Assembly (NCBI GenBank): GCA_965200315.1
Contig: OZ241362.1
Coordinates: forward strand, 4,384,001-4,448,000
Direction: 5' to 3'
Origin: Candidatus Latescibacterota bacterium
GTDB taxonomy: Bacteria > Latescibacterota > UBA2968 > UBA8231
Length of the DNA stretch: 64,000 nucleotides
Position numbers and translations under genes: made by a program. Shown here in pieces: positions 41,718 through 50,299 of this stretch (positions within the stretch are counted from its first letter, which is position 1; every line of letters begins with the position of its first letter). The notes beneath the pieces were generated by a model that worked only from the letters and a program-made list of their open reading frames with translations, made no database searches and was not told where the DNA came from.

Positions 41718-43315
41718 CGCGGTGCGTCCTCTTAGGGGTCGCTTTCGCGTGCCTGTGGGCCGCGCTGGGCCGCGCCGAGGTGCAGTTTGTGGAGGTGGCG
41801 GCCGAGGCCGGGGTCGCTTTTCGCCATCAAAATGGAGCCAAGGGGCAAAAGTACCCCATGGAAACTATGGGCTCGGGCACGGCCTTTTTCGACTCCGATG
41901 GCGACGGATGGCTCGACCTGTATTTCGTCAACAGCGCCGGGCCGGGTGCGCTCTACCGCAACGCGAGTGCCGGTCAGTTCGCCGATGTAACCGACGCGGC
42001 CGGCGTGGCCCATGCGGGCTACGGGCTGGGCTGTGCCGCAGCCGACTACGACGGCGACGGCGACTTGGACTTGTACATCACCGCGTACGGCCCCAACATC
42101 CTCTACCGCAACGGGGGCAGCGGCCAGTTCGCCGATGTAACCGACCAAGCCGGCGTGGCCGGGCCAGTGCTAGCCAATCCGGCGATGAGTACGGGCGCGG
42201 CCTTTGCCGACTACGATTTGGACGGCGACTTAGATTTTTTCGTGGCCAATTACGCCAAGTTTCGCCCCGAAATACACGAGCCCTGCATCCGCTCCGGCGG
42301 GATTGCTGTGTACTGCGGGCCGGAGGCCTTTGAGCCGCAACGCGACGTGTTTTATCGCAACGACGGCGACGCGACTTTTGCCGATGTCGCCGAGGAAGCC
42401 GGATTGCTGCCGGACGCCGCCAAGGAATTAGGGGCCTTTTTCATCGACTACGATGCAGACGGCGACTTAGACTTGTACGCGGCTGGCGACCGCACCCCCA
42501 ACTTGCTCTACCGCAACGACGGCGGCCGCTTTGCCGAGATCGGTGCTTTGGCCGGAGTCGCCTACAACGACGCGGGCAAGCCGCTGGCGGGCATGGGGGT
42601 TGACGTGGGTGACTACGACGGCGATGGCCGATTCGACTTCTTCGTCACCAACTACCAGTGGGAGACCAACAGCCTGTACCGCAACCTCGGCAATGGGTTT
42701 TTCGCCGATGTAACCTTTCAGGCTGGGCTGGGGGTTCCCAGCTTGCAGTTCCTCGCGTGGGGCACCCTTTTCATCGACTACGACAACGACGGCGACCGCG
42801 ACCTGTTTGTGGCCAACGGCCACCTCGACGACAACATCCACCTGTTCGACGCGGTGACGTACGCGCAGCAAAACCAACTCTTCCGCAATCAGGGCCAAGG
42901 GCGCTTTGCCGACGTGAGCAATCAGGTGGGCCCCGGCCTGCTGTTGCAGCAAGTCAGCCGCGGTGCGGCCATGGGCGATTACGACAACGACGGCGACCGC
43001 GACATCTCAGTAGCCAACAACAACCAACCAGCCGCGCTCTTGCGCAACGACGGCGGCAACGCCCAGCACTATTTGAGCTTGCGGTTGGTCGGAGACTCCG
43101 TTGGCGCCGAGGTCCGCGTCGCCGCGGGCGATTGGGTGCGCTGGGACGTGGTGCGCGTCGGGTCGAGCTATATGTGCCAAAGCGCAATGCGCCCTTTTTT
43201 CGGCTTGGGAAACCGCACCCACGTTGATGAAGTGGAAATCCACTGGCCCAGCGGTGCTGTGCAGCGCTTGCAAGACATTGCAGCCGACCAAATTCTAACG
43301 GTACACGAGCCTTGA
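41714..43315 (+). CDS. CRTAC1-like FG-GAP repeat protein with ASPIC/UnbV domain
   Basis: Repeated DYDxDGDxD motifs; C-terminal FGLG...VEIHWPSG. Confidence 0.9.
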   Translation: MTRCVLLGVAFACLWAALGRAEVQFVEVAAEAGVAFRHQNGAKGQKYPMETMGSGTAFFDSDGDGWLDLYFVNSAGPGALYRNASAGQFADVTDAAGVAHAGYGLGCAAADYDGDGDLDLYITAYGPNILYRNGGSGQFADVTDQAGVAGPVLANPAMSTGAAFADYDLDGDLDFFVANYAKFRPEIHEPCIRSGGIAVYCGPEAFEPQRDVFYRNDGDATFADVAEEAGLLPDAAKELGAFFIDYDADGDLDLYAAGDRTPNLLYRNDGGRFAEIGALAGVAYNDAGKPLAGMGVDVGDYDGDGRFDFFVTNYQWETNSLYRNLGNGFFADVTFQAGLGVPSLQFLAWGTLFIDYDNDGDRDLFVANGHLDDNIHLFDAVTYAQQNQLFRNQGQGRFADVSNQVGPGLLLQQVSRGAAMGDYDNDGDRDISVANNNQPAALLRNDGGNAQHYLSLRLVGDSVGAEVRVAAGDWVRWDVVRVGSSYMCQSAMRPFFGLGNRTHVDEVEIHWPSGAVQRLQDIAADQILTVHEP

Positions 43316-43385
43316 TCGCAGCGGCGTTGCACGAGCACACCCTAGGTATTGTATTATACCCCGTCACAAAAAAGGAGACCTCATC

Positions 43386-44201
43386 ATGCAAGCCCTTTCT
43401 ACTTTTGACGATGCACACCACGAGCAGTTCATGGATCAAGGCTACGTGCGGCTGGGCAATGTCCTGTCCCCAAGCGAATTGGCCGCCTTGCAGCAGCGCA
43501 TTGACGACATCATGCTGGGCCGCGTCCGCTACGAGCACATGCGCTTGCAGGTCGTCGAAGAGGACGGCGAAGTGCGCCGTACCATGGGCAACGAGGTGCA
43601 GACGCTCGCGTACCGGCGCATCGACGACCTAGAGCAAGACCCGCTCTTCCTCGCCTATATACAAACCCCCCTCTTCCACCAGATCGCCCGTCGCTACATC
43701 GGCGAGGAGGTCTCGGTCTTTCGCTCGATGTTTATGAACAAACCGCCCGAGCTTCGCCGCGAACTGCCCTGGCATCAAGACGTGGGGATTGGCTGGGGCA
43801 TCGACACCAATCCCATCGTCACGGTGTGGACGGCACTCGACGACGCGACCACAGCCACGGGCTGCATGCAGATCGTGCCGGGCAGCAACAAGCACGGCAT
43901 CATCAACGAGCGGCACTTTCTCCCCGCCGAGCAAGAGCCCCAATACACGCCCCCAGAGGCGGTGATCGACTTGGAAGCCGAGGCCGGGGAGGCCATTCTG
44001 CTGCACAATTTCCTCCTACATCGCTCGGGCCCCAACTCCACCGCGTCGGCCCGCCGCGCTTTCAGCGCGACCTATATGGATGCCGAGACTCGTACCCGAG
44101 ACACCGGCCAAACCTTTCCAGTGGTCTTCGGCACACAGGCACTGGAGCCGGCGACGGTCGATGGCAAACCGGCCGAGTTGGTTGCCAAATTTTACGGCTG
44201 A
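43386..44201 (+). CDS. Phytanoyl-CoA dioxygenase (PhyH) family
   Basis: WHQD, WTALDDA, VPGSNK, LHRSGPN, RRA. Confidence 0.88.
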   Translation: MQALSTFDDAHHEQFMDQGYVRLGNVLSPSELAALQQRIDDIMLGRVRYEHMRLQVVEEDGEVRRTMGNEVQTLAYRRIDDLEQDPLFLAYIQTPLFHQIARRYIGEEVSVFRSMFMNKPPELRRELPWHQDVGIGWGIDTNPIVTVWTALDDATTATGCMQIVPGSNKHGIINERHFLPAEQEPQYTPPEAVIDLEAEAGEAILLHNFLLHRSGPNSTASARRAFSATYMDAETRTRDTGQTFPVVFGTQALEPATVDGKPAELVAKFYG

Positions 44202-44228
44202 TTCTTCAGCACTCTATAGCACTATATA

Positions 44229-46193
44229 ATGTCTATAAAACCCGAGCGGACAGCACCCAAGGAGGCAGACGGAATACCGGCTTTTACCGTCAAATCCGTG
44301 CTGGTTGGATGCGCCGGGGCCTTCAGCGTGTCGGCCGGGGCCGCCTACGGGACCCTCTATCTACACGGCTCCTTTATGGCCTTGGGCACCAGCATGCCCG
44401 GGGCGGTGTTCATCCTCTTCCTACTGACCCTCTTTATCAATCCCCTGCTCAAGCTCGTGCATCCGCGCTTGGGACTCAATCGGCGCGAACTGCTAGTCGT
44501 CTATGCTATGATGGTGATGGCCTCGCCGATCCCGACCCTCTTCGTCGGCAAATTCCTCAGTGCCATTAGCTACCCCTTCTACTATGCCACCGCTGAAAAC
44601 GAGTGGCGGCAACTGATCCACCCCTACATCCCCGATTGGCTGATGGTCCACGACGTGGAGACCGTCCGCAAATTTTACGAGGGCAGTGGACGCGATGAAC
44701 CCATTCCTTGGGAAGTATGGCGCAGCGTCATCGCGATGTGGACGCCCTTTATCTGCGCCCTCTTCCTGATGATGATTTCCTTCATGGCGATCCTGCGCAA
44801 ACAGTGGATTGAGCACGAGCGGCTGATCTATCCCCTGATGCAGGTGCCGCTGGCTATGACCGAGGAGGGCGAAGACGACCAAAAGCTAAGCCCCTTTTTC
44901 AAAAATCCCGTCATGTGGGCCGGTTTTGCCATCCCCGCGCTGTGGGGCACGTTGCACGGGCTGTACAACTACTTTCCCGAGACCATCCCCATCGCCCAGA
45001 ACGTCGATCCCGTGCGCATGGACGTACCGGTTTTCCGCCGCACGGCCGACCTGTATGTTGCGCTGCGCTTCAACATCATTGGTTTCTTCTACTTTCTCAA
45101 GACCGACATCGCCTTCAGCCTGTGGTTTTTCAACCTGCTCTCTTTTGCGGTGCGCGGCATTTTTGGCATTCTCGGCGTGATCAGCAGCGAGACGGGGGGG
45201 GCCGGCCACGCGGTACGCGATCCCTTTTTGGCCTACCAGTCGATGGGCGCGATTCTCGTGCTCTTTTTGGGCGGCATTTGGACGGCGCGCAAGCATCTGC
45301 GAGGTGTGTGGCGCAAGGCTTTCAAAGGCGACGATAGCATTGACGACAGCGACGAAATCCTCTCCTATCGCGCGGCCCTGCTTGTGCTGGCGGTTTCTTG
45401 TCTGGTGATAGTAGGTTGGCTGGGGCTGGCCGGGCTTCCTCCGATCTTCGGACTGGCCATTCTCTTCTTAGGCGTCGTCATCATCTTTGGCTATTCGCGG
45501 GTGGTGGCCGAGGGCGGACTTTCGGATGGCTCACCGCCGGTGGTGCCAGCGGGGATTTTAGTGTCCGCAGTGGGTTCGTCGGTCATCGGTGCCCAAGGTC
45601 TAGTCGTGCTGGCAACGACCTTCCTGTGGACCACTGGGCGCAATTTCGTCATGGTCTCCTGCGCCAATAGTCTGCGGCTGGGCGAGGAGTTGGGGCGCAA
45701 CCGCCGACCGCTCTTTTGGGTCATCGTCTTGGCGCTAGTCGTGGCCGTGGGCGCGGCCGTGTGGATGGTGATGCTGCTCAGCCACAAATACGGAGCAATC
45801 AACCTGTGGATTTGGAGCGGTGGCAACTACAGCTATATAGAAAAAGTCCTCCGCACGCCGACCGATTTCTACGGCTGGGGCTGGGTCAATATGGGGATTG
45901 GCGTGGCCATTATGACCGGATTGATGGTCGCACGTTGGCTCTACGTGTGGTGGCCGCTGCATCCGCTGGGCTACGTGATCGGGCCGATCTGGATCATGGA
46001 CCACTTGTGGTTCAATATGTTCATCGCTTGGGGGATCAAGGTGCTCGTGCTCAAATACGGGGGCGTGCGGCTCTACCTGAAGACGCGACCTTTTTTCATG
46101 GGGATGATCCTCGGCTATTTCACGCCCGGCGGGTTTTACCTGATCGTCGATCACTTCACCGGCATGACTTGGAACGTGATATTCTGGGGTTGA
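44229..46193 (+). CDS. Polytopic membrane protein, DUF6785/DUF6784 (OPT-like) putative transporter
   Basis: Many TM segments; LRKQWIEHERLIYPL, SRVVAEGG, WWPLHPLGY, LKYGG...RPFFMG. Confidence 0.75.
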   Translation: MSIKPERTAPKEADGIPAFTVKSVLVGCAGAFSVSAGAAYGTLYLHGSFMALGTSMPGAVFILFLLTLFINPLLKLVHPRLGLNRRELLVVYAMMVMASPIPTLFVGKFLSAISYPFYYATAENEWRQLIHPYIPDWLMVHDVETVRKFYEGSGRDEPIPWEVWRSVIAMWTPFICALFLMMISFMAILRKQWIEHERLIYPLMQVPLAMTEEGEDDQKLSPFFKNPVMWAGFAIPALWGTLHGLYNYFPETIPIAQNVDPVRMDVPVFRRTADLYVALRFNIIGFFYFLKTDIAFSLWFFNLLSFAVRGIFGILGVISSETGGAGHAVRDPFLAYQSMGAILVLFLGGIWTARKHLRGVWRKAFKGDDSIDDSDEILSYRAALLVLAVSCLVIVGWLGLAGLPPIFGLAILFLGVVIIFGYSRVVAEGGLSDGSPPVVPAGILVSAVGSSVIGAQGLVVLATTFLWTTGRNFVMVSCANSLRLGEELGRNRRPLFWVIVLALVVAVGAAVWMVMLLSHKYGAINLWIWSGGNYSYIEKVLRTPTDFYGWGWVNMGIGVAIMTGLMVARWLYVWWPLHPLGYVIGPIWIMDHLWFNMFIAWGIKVLVLKYGGVRLYLKTRPFFMGMILGYFTPGGFYLIVDHFTGMTWNVIFWG

Positions 46194-46200
46194 TTCTCAT

Positions 46201-46231
46201 TTGACAGGCACTTGTTATTTTGCGTTATATT
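46201..46231 (+). promoter_or_regulatory. Possible sigma70 promoter
   Basis: TTGACA-N19-TATATT (long spacer), followed by AGGAG RBS. Confidence 0.4.
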
Positions 46232-46258
46232 CGCCGTGAGATTTTCTGCTTTTAGGAG

Positions 46259-48322
46259 ATGGCCGGTATGAAATCCAAGCTCTGTTTGGCAGCGGCGTGT
46301 ATGGCCATAGTCCAAGTCTGCACGGCTGGAGCGCAAGTGTCGCAATTCCGTCTCGGCGGCGCTGATGGCCTCGATTGGGAAGAGCAGACCCTGATCAATT
46401 TGATGGTCGATAACCTCGCGATCCCCGGCTCGATCCAGCCGCTGGAGCTCAAGCCCGACGTCAATGTGGTGACCCGGCTACGCCACTGGACGCGCTATCG
46501 GCAGCCGATTGACATCAGCTATCAAGAGGGGATGCCCCGCATCTGGCGGGCAATCGGCGACGTCTCCCGGCCCGGGCACGTCTCCAACCCGATGGAATTT
46601 ATCGACGGGGATCTCAACACCTTTTACGAAGGGCGCGACTTTCAGGGCAGTGGCGGACTGGGAGGCATCTGGGGCGAGTTCTACACGCTCGATATGGGCA
46701 TGCAGATTCCCGCCGATCACTTCAAGTTGGTGCCGCCCGAGGGCAACGACCCCTTCTTCCAAGAACCGTACCGACCCAACTACAAATTTGAAGCCTACGA
46801 GTTGACGGCCAGCAACGACAAGGTCTTCGTAGAAAGCCAACAACCCCCGCAATTTCGCTCGGGTGTCTCCGTCGCCAACACGCCGTCGGCTTACTATCTG
46901 CCGCTAGACAAACTGTTGGCTAAGGTTGATCAGAACTTCGACGCCGTTATCGAGATCGACTTTCCGCTTCAGTATCTGCGCTTCTTCCGCATGCGAGTAG
47001 TACCTGATCTGCCTCATAAGTTCTCGCGCTACGCGCTGGCCGAGCTAGAGGTTTACGGCCGCGGTTTTGTTCCCCGGGCGCGCTGGCTATCCCAAGTGAT
47101 CGATATGGGCGATCTAATCAATGTCGGCGAAGTGAACTTCGGCTTGAGTACCTATCGGCGCGACGGGGATCAATTGATCGAATCTCCCGCCGCCAAGGCC
47201 GGAGTCAATATCGAGATCAAGACCGGGCTGGACGACGGCCCCATCGCCTATCACTCGTACAACGACTTGGCCCAGCCCGTGGAAGTGGAAAAGGACGTCT
47301 ACGCCAAGCTCAAACCGCGCGTGTGGCCGTGGGATCCACCGGCCGTGGGTTGGCAGGGCGTCATTGCCGCCGACATCAATAACTGGAGCTTCTGGTCGCC
47401 ACCGATCCGGGTTTCAGGACAGCGGCCCCGCGTGCCTAAGGGGCGCTATATTCAGCTACAAATCCAGCTAGAGACCAAAGCCTTGTGGGAGTTCGCCCGT
47501 CTCGATTGGATCACCATCGAGACCTCCCCGTTGTTGGCCGACCGGATCTTGGGCGAGGTCGCTGCGGTTGACCAATTGCGCCCCGACGGCAAAGTGCCAC
47601 AAGTGCCCGCAGGCGCACTGACCAAGTTCATCCTCGACTTGCGCGCTGAGTTTTCCGCCGCCGGCCAGCAGGGATTTGACGCGGTGCGGCTCGGCATGCC
47701 TTCTACGGGCCGGGTGCTGGGGCTGGAGATGGGCGATCCGCTGGCGACTGTGGAGCCGGACAGCATCGTCGACGAAGTGGACGAGTTGGCGGTTTATTTG
47801 CCGCAGATGATCGGGCCGGACACCAACGACGGTATTCGGTTGCACCTAGAAACGACCGTGTATGGTGCGTCTGACCAGTTGCGCGCCGAGGTCTTTGCGC
47901 GGCAGGGCGATTCGCTGCCCCAAAGCGTGGAAGGTGGCGACGCCAGCGACGAATTGGGCACTGACCAGTTGCGGGTATTAGTCAGTTCCGGTTCTCTCGA
48001 ATCCGTGCTGTCCGACGTGGCGATTACCCCCCCAGTCTTCACGCCCCAAGGAGACACTATCAACGACCAAGTGGCCATTGAATACACCTTATTCAGCGTG
48101 CTCGATGCGGTCGAAGTGGACGTCGAGTTGCTGACTTTGGCCGGTCAGCGGGTGCGGAGCCTATCGGGTGGAGTGCAGGGTGCTGGGCATCACGCACTGC
48201 AATGGGATGGCCGCGATGAGGCCAATCAACTCGTCGCGCCAGGCGTGTATCTGGCGCGCATTGGGGCCAACACCGACCGAGGCCGGGAGGTGCGCTTCGG
48301 GGCGGTGGCCGTAGCCTACTAA
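46259..48322 (+). CDS. Secreted discoidin-like + FlgD-Ig/T9SS-CTD-like protein (paralog A)
   Basis: Signal peptide; IDGDLNT, WSFWSPP, FTPQGDTIND, WDGRD, ends AVAY*. Confidence 0.8.
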   Translation: MAGMKSKLCLAAACMAIVQVCTAGAQVSQFRLGGADGLDWEEQTLINLMVDNLAIPGSIQPLELKPDVNVVTRLRHWTRYRQPIDISYQEGMPRIWRAIGDVSRPGHVSNPMEFIDGDLNTFYEGRDFQGSGGLGGIWGEFYTLDMGMQIPADHFKLVPPEGNDPFFQEPYRPNYKFEAYELTASNDKVFVESQQPPQFRSGVSVANTPSAYYLPLDKLLAKVDQNFDAVIEIDFPLQYLRFFRMRVVPDLPHKFSRYALAELEVYGRGFVPRARWLSQVIDMGDLINVGEVNFGLSTYRRDGDQLIESPAAKAGVNIEIKTGLDDGPIAYHSYNDLAQPVEVEKDVYAKLKPRVWPWDPPAVGWQGVIAADINNWSFWSPPIRVSGQRPRVPKGRYIQLQIQLETKALWEFARLDWITIETSPLLADRILGEVAAVDQLRPDGKVPQVPAGALTKFILDLRAEFSAAGQQGFDAVRLGMPSTGRVLGLEMGDPLATVEPDSIVDEVDELAVYLPQMIGPDTNDGIRLHLETTVYGASDQLRAEVFARQGDSLPQSVEGGDASDELGTDQLRVLVSSGSLESVLSDVAITPPVFTPQGDTINDQVAIEYTLFSVLDAVEVDVELLTLAGQRVRSLSGGVQGAGHHALQWDGRDEANQLVAPGVYLARIGANTDRGREVRFGAVAVAY

Positions 48323-48324
48323 GC

Positions 48325-50283
48325 ATGGAGTTTCAATCAATGGGCTTGCGCACGACAATTTCTCGCTTGGCGACCCTGTGCATAGCTGCTGTGGTCCTCG
48401 CTCCACAACCAGCAGTTGCGGAAGTCCGCCAGTGGGTGGTGGGTGGGGACGAAGGAGCCGCTTGGCGGGAACACGAGTTGCTTTCCACCGCGATGAGTTT
48501 CGACGTGCCGGGTGCCATCCAACTCGTAGCCTTTACCTCTAAGGACAACGTCATTCCGAGTCTGACTTGGGTTGATGGGTTTCCGAGTGGCTACGTGGAG
48601 GAACGCGCCCAAGCACTGATTTGGGACAACGTAGCGGTCGTGCGCCCCCTGTTGGAGATCGTCGATGGCATCGACACGACCTCCACCCACCTCGCGTTTA
48701 AACGCTTTGGCATCGCCCAAGACGGCACCAAGTTTTTCTTTGATTTAGGGACCCGCTTTCCCGCCAATCGAATTGCGTTTTTTCCGCGCTTAGAGGGCAT
48801 CAGTTCAGAGGGGCGTCCCTTCAGCGAAGACTACATCCGCGGCTACGTGCTCAAAGTCAATGACGGCGCGAGCTTCAACGAGCGGGACGAGCCGATCTAT
48901 ACCCCCATAAAGCGCGTCGACTTTACCCGCGAGAACACGACGCAGATCGACTTCCCCCTGCAATTCGTCCGCTACATTGAATTAGAAGTCACCTCGGCTA
49001 GCCCGTTTGAACTGGCCGAATTTCAACTCTTCGGTACGGGATTCGCGCCGGCCGGCTCCTATCGGTCAAAGATCATCGACCTCGGAGAGCCAGCTAATCT
49101 CAGCCGCATGGAATGGACGCTGGAAAAGCTGCGTCAGAGCGGCGACGAGCTAATCGTCGAGCCAGCCGCCGATGCCGATTTGACGGTGGTGATGCGCACC
49201 GGCCTAGACGACAACCCCCGGGTCTATTACGAGTACGTCGATCTCTTTACCCGCGAGCGGCAGGTCGTCTCCGAAGACGAGTACAAGGCCCTCGACGAAA
49301 GTGTGCGCGGCCCGATTGACGACGACCAAGTCAACTGGAGTTTGTGGTCGCCCCCCTTCCTTGAGTCCGGCCAGCCCATCCAGCTACCCAGCCCAAGGCG
49401 CTACTTCCAGTTTGAGGTGCGAATCGAAAGCGGCGCGATTCTCGACGGCTTGCGGCTCACCTCCCTGCGCGTCGAACACACGATCCCGCCCGTGGCCCAG
49501 CTCTTGGTGGCTGAGGTTTCCGAGTTAGACGTCCCCCGTCCCCCCGGCGATGTGCCCATTGTAACCGCCGGGGACTTTACGACGTTTGCCTACGATGTCG
49601 TAGCCCAAATCGAGGAGGCGGACACCGGCTTTGACGCCCTGCGCATCCTCACACCCCAATCGACGCCCGTGTTTCGGCAATTCTTCACCGGAGAAGATGG
49701 GGTCGAGGTCACACCCGACAGCGTGCAAGCAGACCTAGGCAGTCTGACTATTTTCTTTCCTTCGCAACGGCCAGCGATCGGCATTCACCGCATGCGCGCC
49801 GTATTCGACTCGCAGATTTTCATCCAAGGCACCTCGGTCGAAGCTGAGGTCTTTGACTCGCAGGCCGAGGACGGCGTGCCGCAGCGAGTGCAGCCCGGCG
49901 ACGCCAACCCAGAAGTGCTGACCAATGCTCTGCGGGTGCTGACAACGGCCGCTTCGGCCAGCCAGTTGGTGTCCTCCTTGGCAGTAAGTAGTCCGGTCTT
50001 TACCCCCAATGGAGACGGTATCAACGACCAAGTAGAATTGATCTACAGCCTGTTGCAGTTGGTCAAGCCGGTCGCAGTGGCAGTTGAAATTCTCGATTTG
50101 GCCGGTCGCCCCGTGCGTACCGTCCTCAAAGCCGAAAGCACGAGCGGAGCCTATGCAGTGGCTTGGAACGGGCGCGACGATCGAGGACAGGTCGTTCCGC
50201 CGGGCCTGTACCTCGCCGTGGTCCAAGTCCACACTGAGCGCGAGACACTTGTGCGTTCTAGCAGCATGGGCGTGGCGTATTGA
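48325..50283 (+). CDS. Secreted discoidin-like + FlgD-Ig/T9SS-CTD-like protein (paralog B)
   Basis: Signal peptide; FFDLG, WSLWSPP, FDALRI, FTPNGDGIND, WNGRD, ends GVAY*. Confidence 0.8.
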   Translation: MEFQSMGLRTTISRLATLCIAAVVLAPQPAVAEVRQWVVGGDEGAAWREHELLSTAMSFDVPGAIQLVAFTSKDNVIPSLTWVDGFPSGYVEERAQALIWDNVAVVRPLLEIVDGIDTTSTHLAFKRFGIAQDGTKFFFDLGTRFPANRIAFFPRLEGISSEGRPFSEDYIRGYVLKVNDGASFNERDEPIYTPIKRVDFTRENTTQIDFPLQFVRYIELEVTSASPFELAEFQLFGTGFAPAGSYRSKIIDLGEPANLSRMEWTLEKLRQSGDELIVEPAADADLTVVMRTGLDDNPRVYYEYVDLFTRERQVVSEDEYKALDESVRGPIDDDQVNWSLWSPPFLESGQPIQLPSPRRYFQFEVRIESGAILDGLRLTSLRVEHTIPPVAQLLVAEVSELDVPRPPGDVPIVTAGDFTTFAYDVVAQIEEADTGFDALRILTPQSTPVFRQFFTGEDGVEVTPDSVQADLGSLTIFFPSQRPAIGIHRMRAVFDSQIFIQGTSVEAEVFDSQAEDGVPQRVQPGDANPEVLTNALRVLTTAASASQLVSSLAVSSPVFTPNGDGINDQVELIYSLLQLVKPVAVAVEILDLAGRPVRTVLKAESTSGAYAVAWNGRDDRGQVVPPGLYLAVVQVHTERETLVRSSSMGVAY

Positions 50284-50299
50284 GAAAGGAGCGGTATCT

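Noticed and set aside
41880-43010. Recurring GACTACGACxxCGACGGCGAC DNA repeats
   Set aside because: These are coding FG-GAP repeats of the CRTAC1 protein, not CRISPR or DGR repeats
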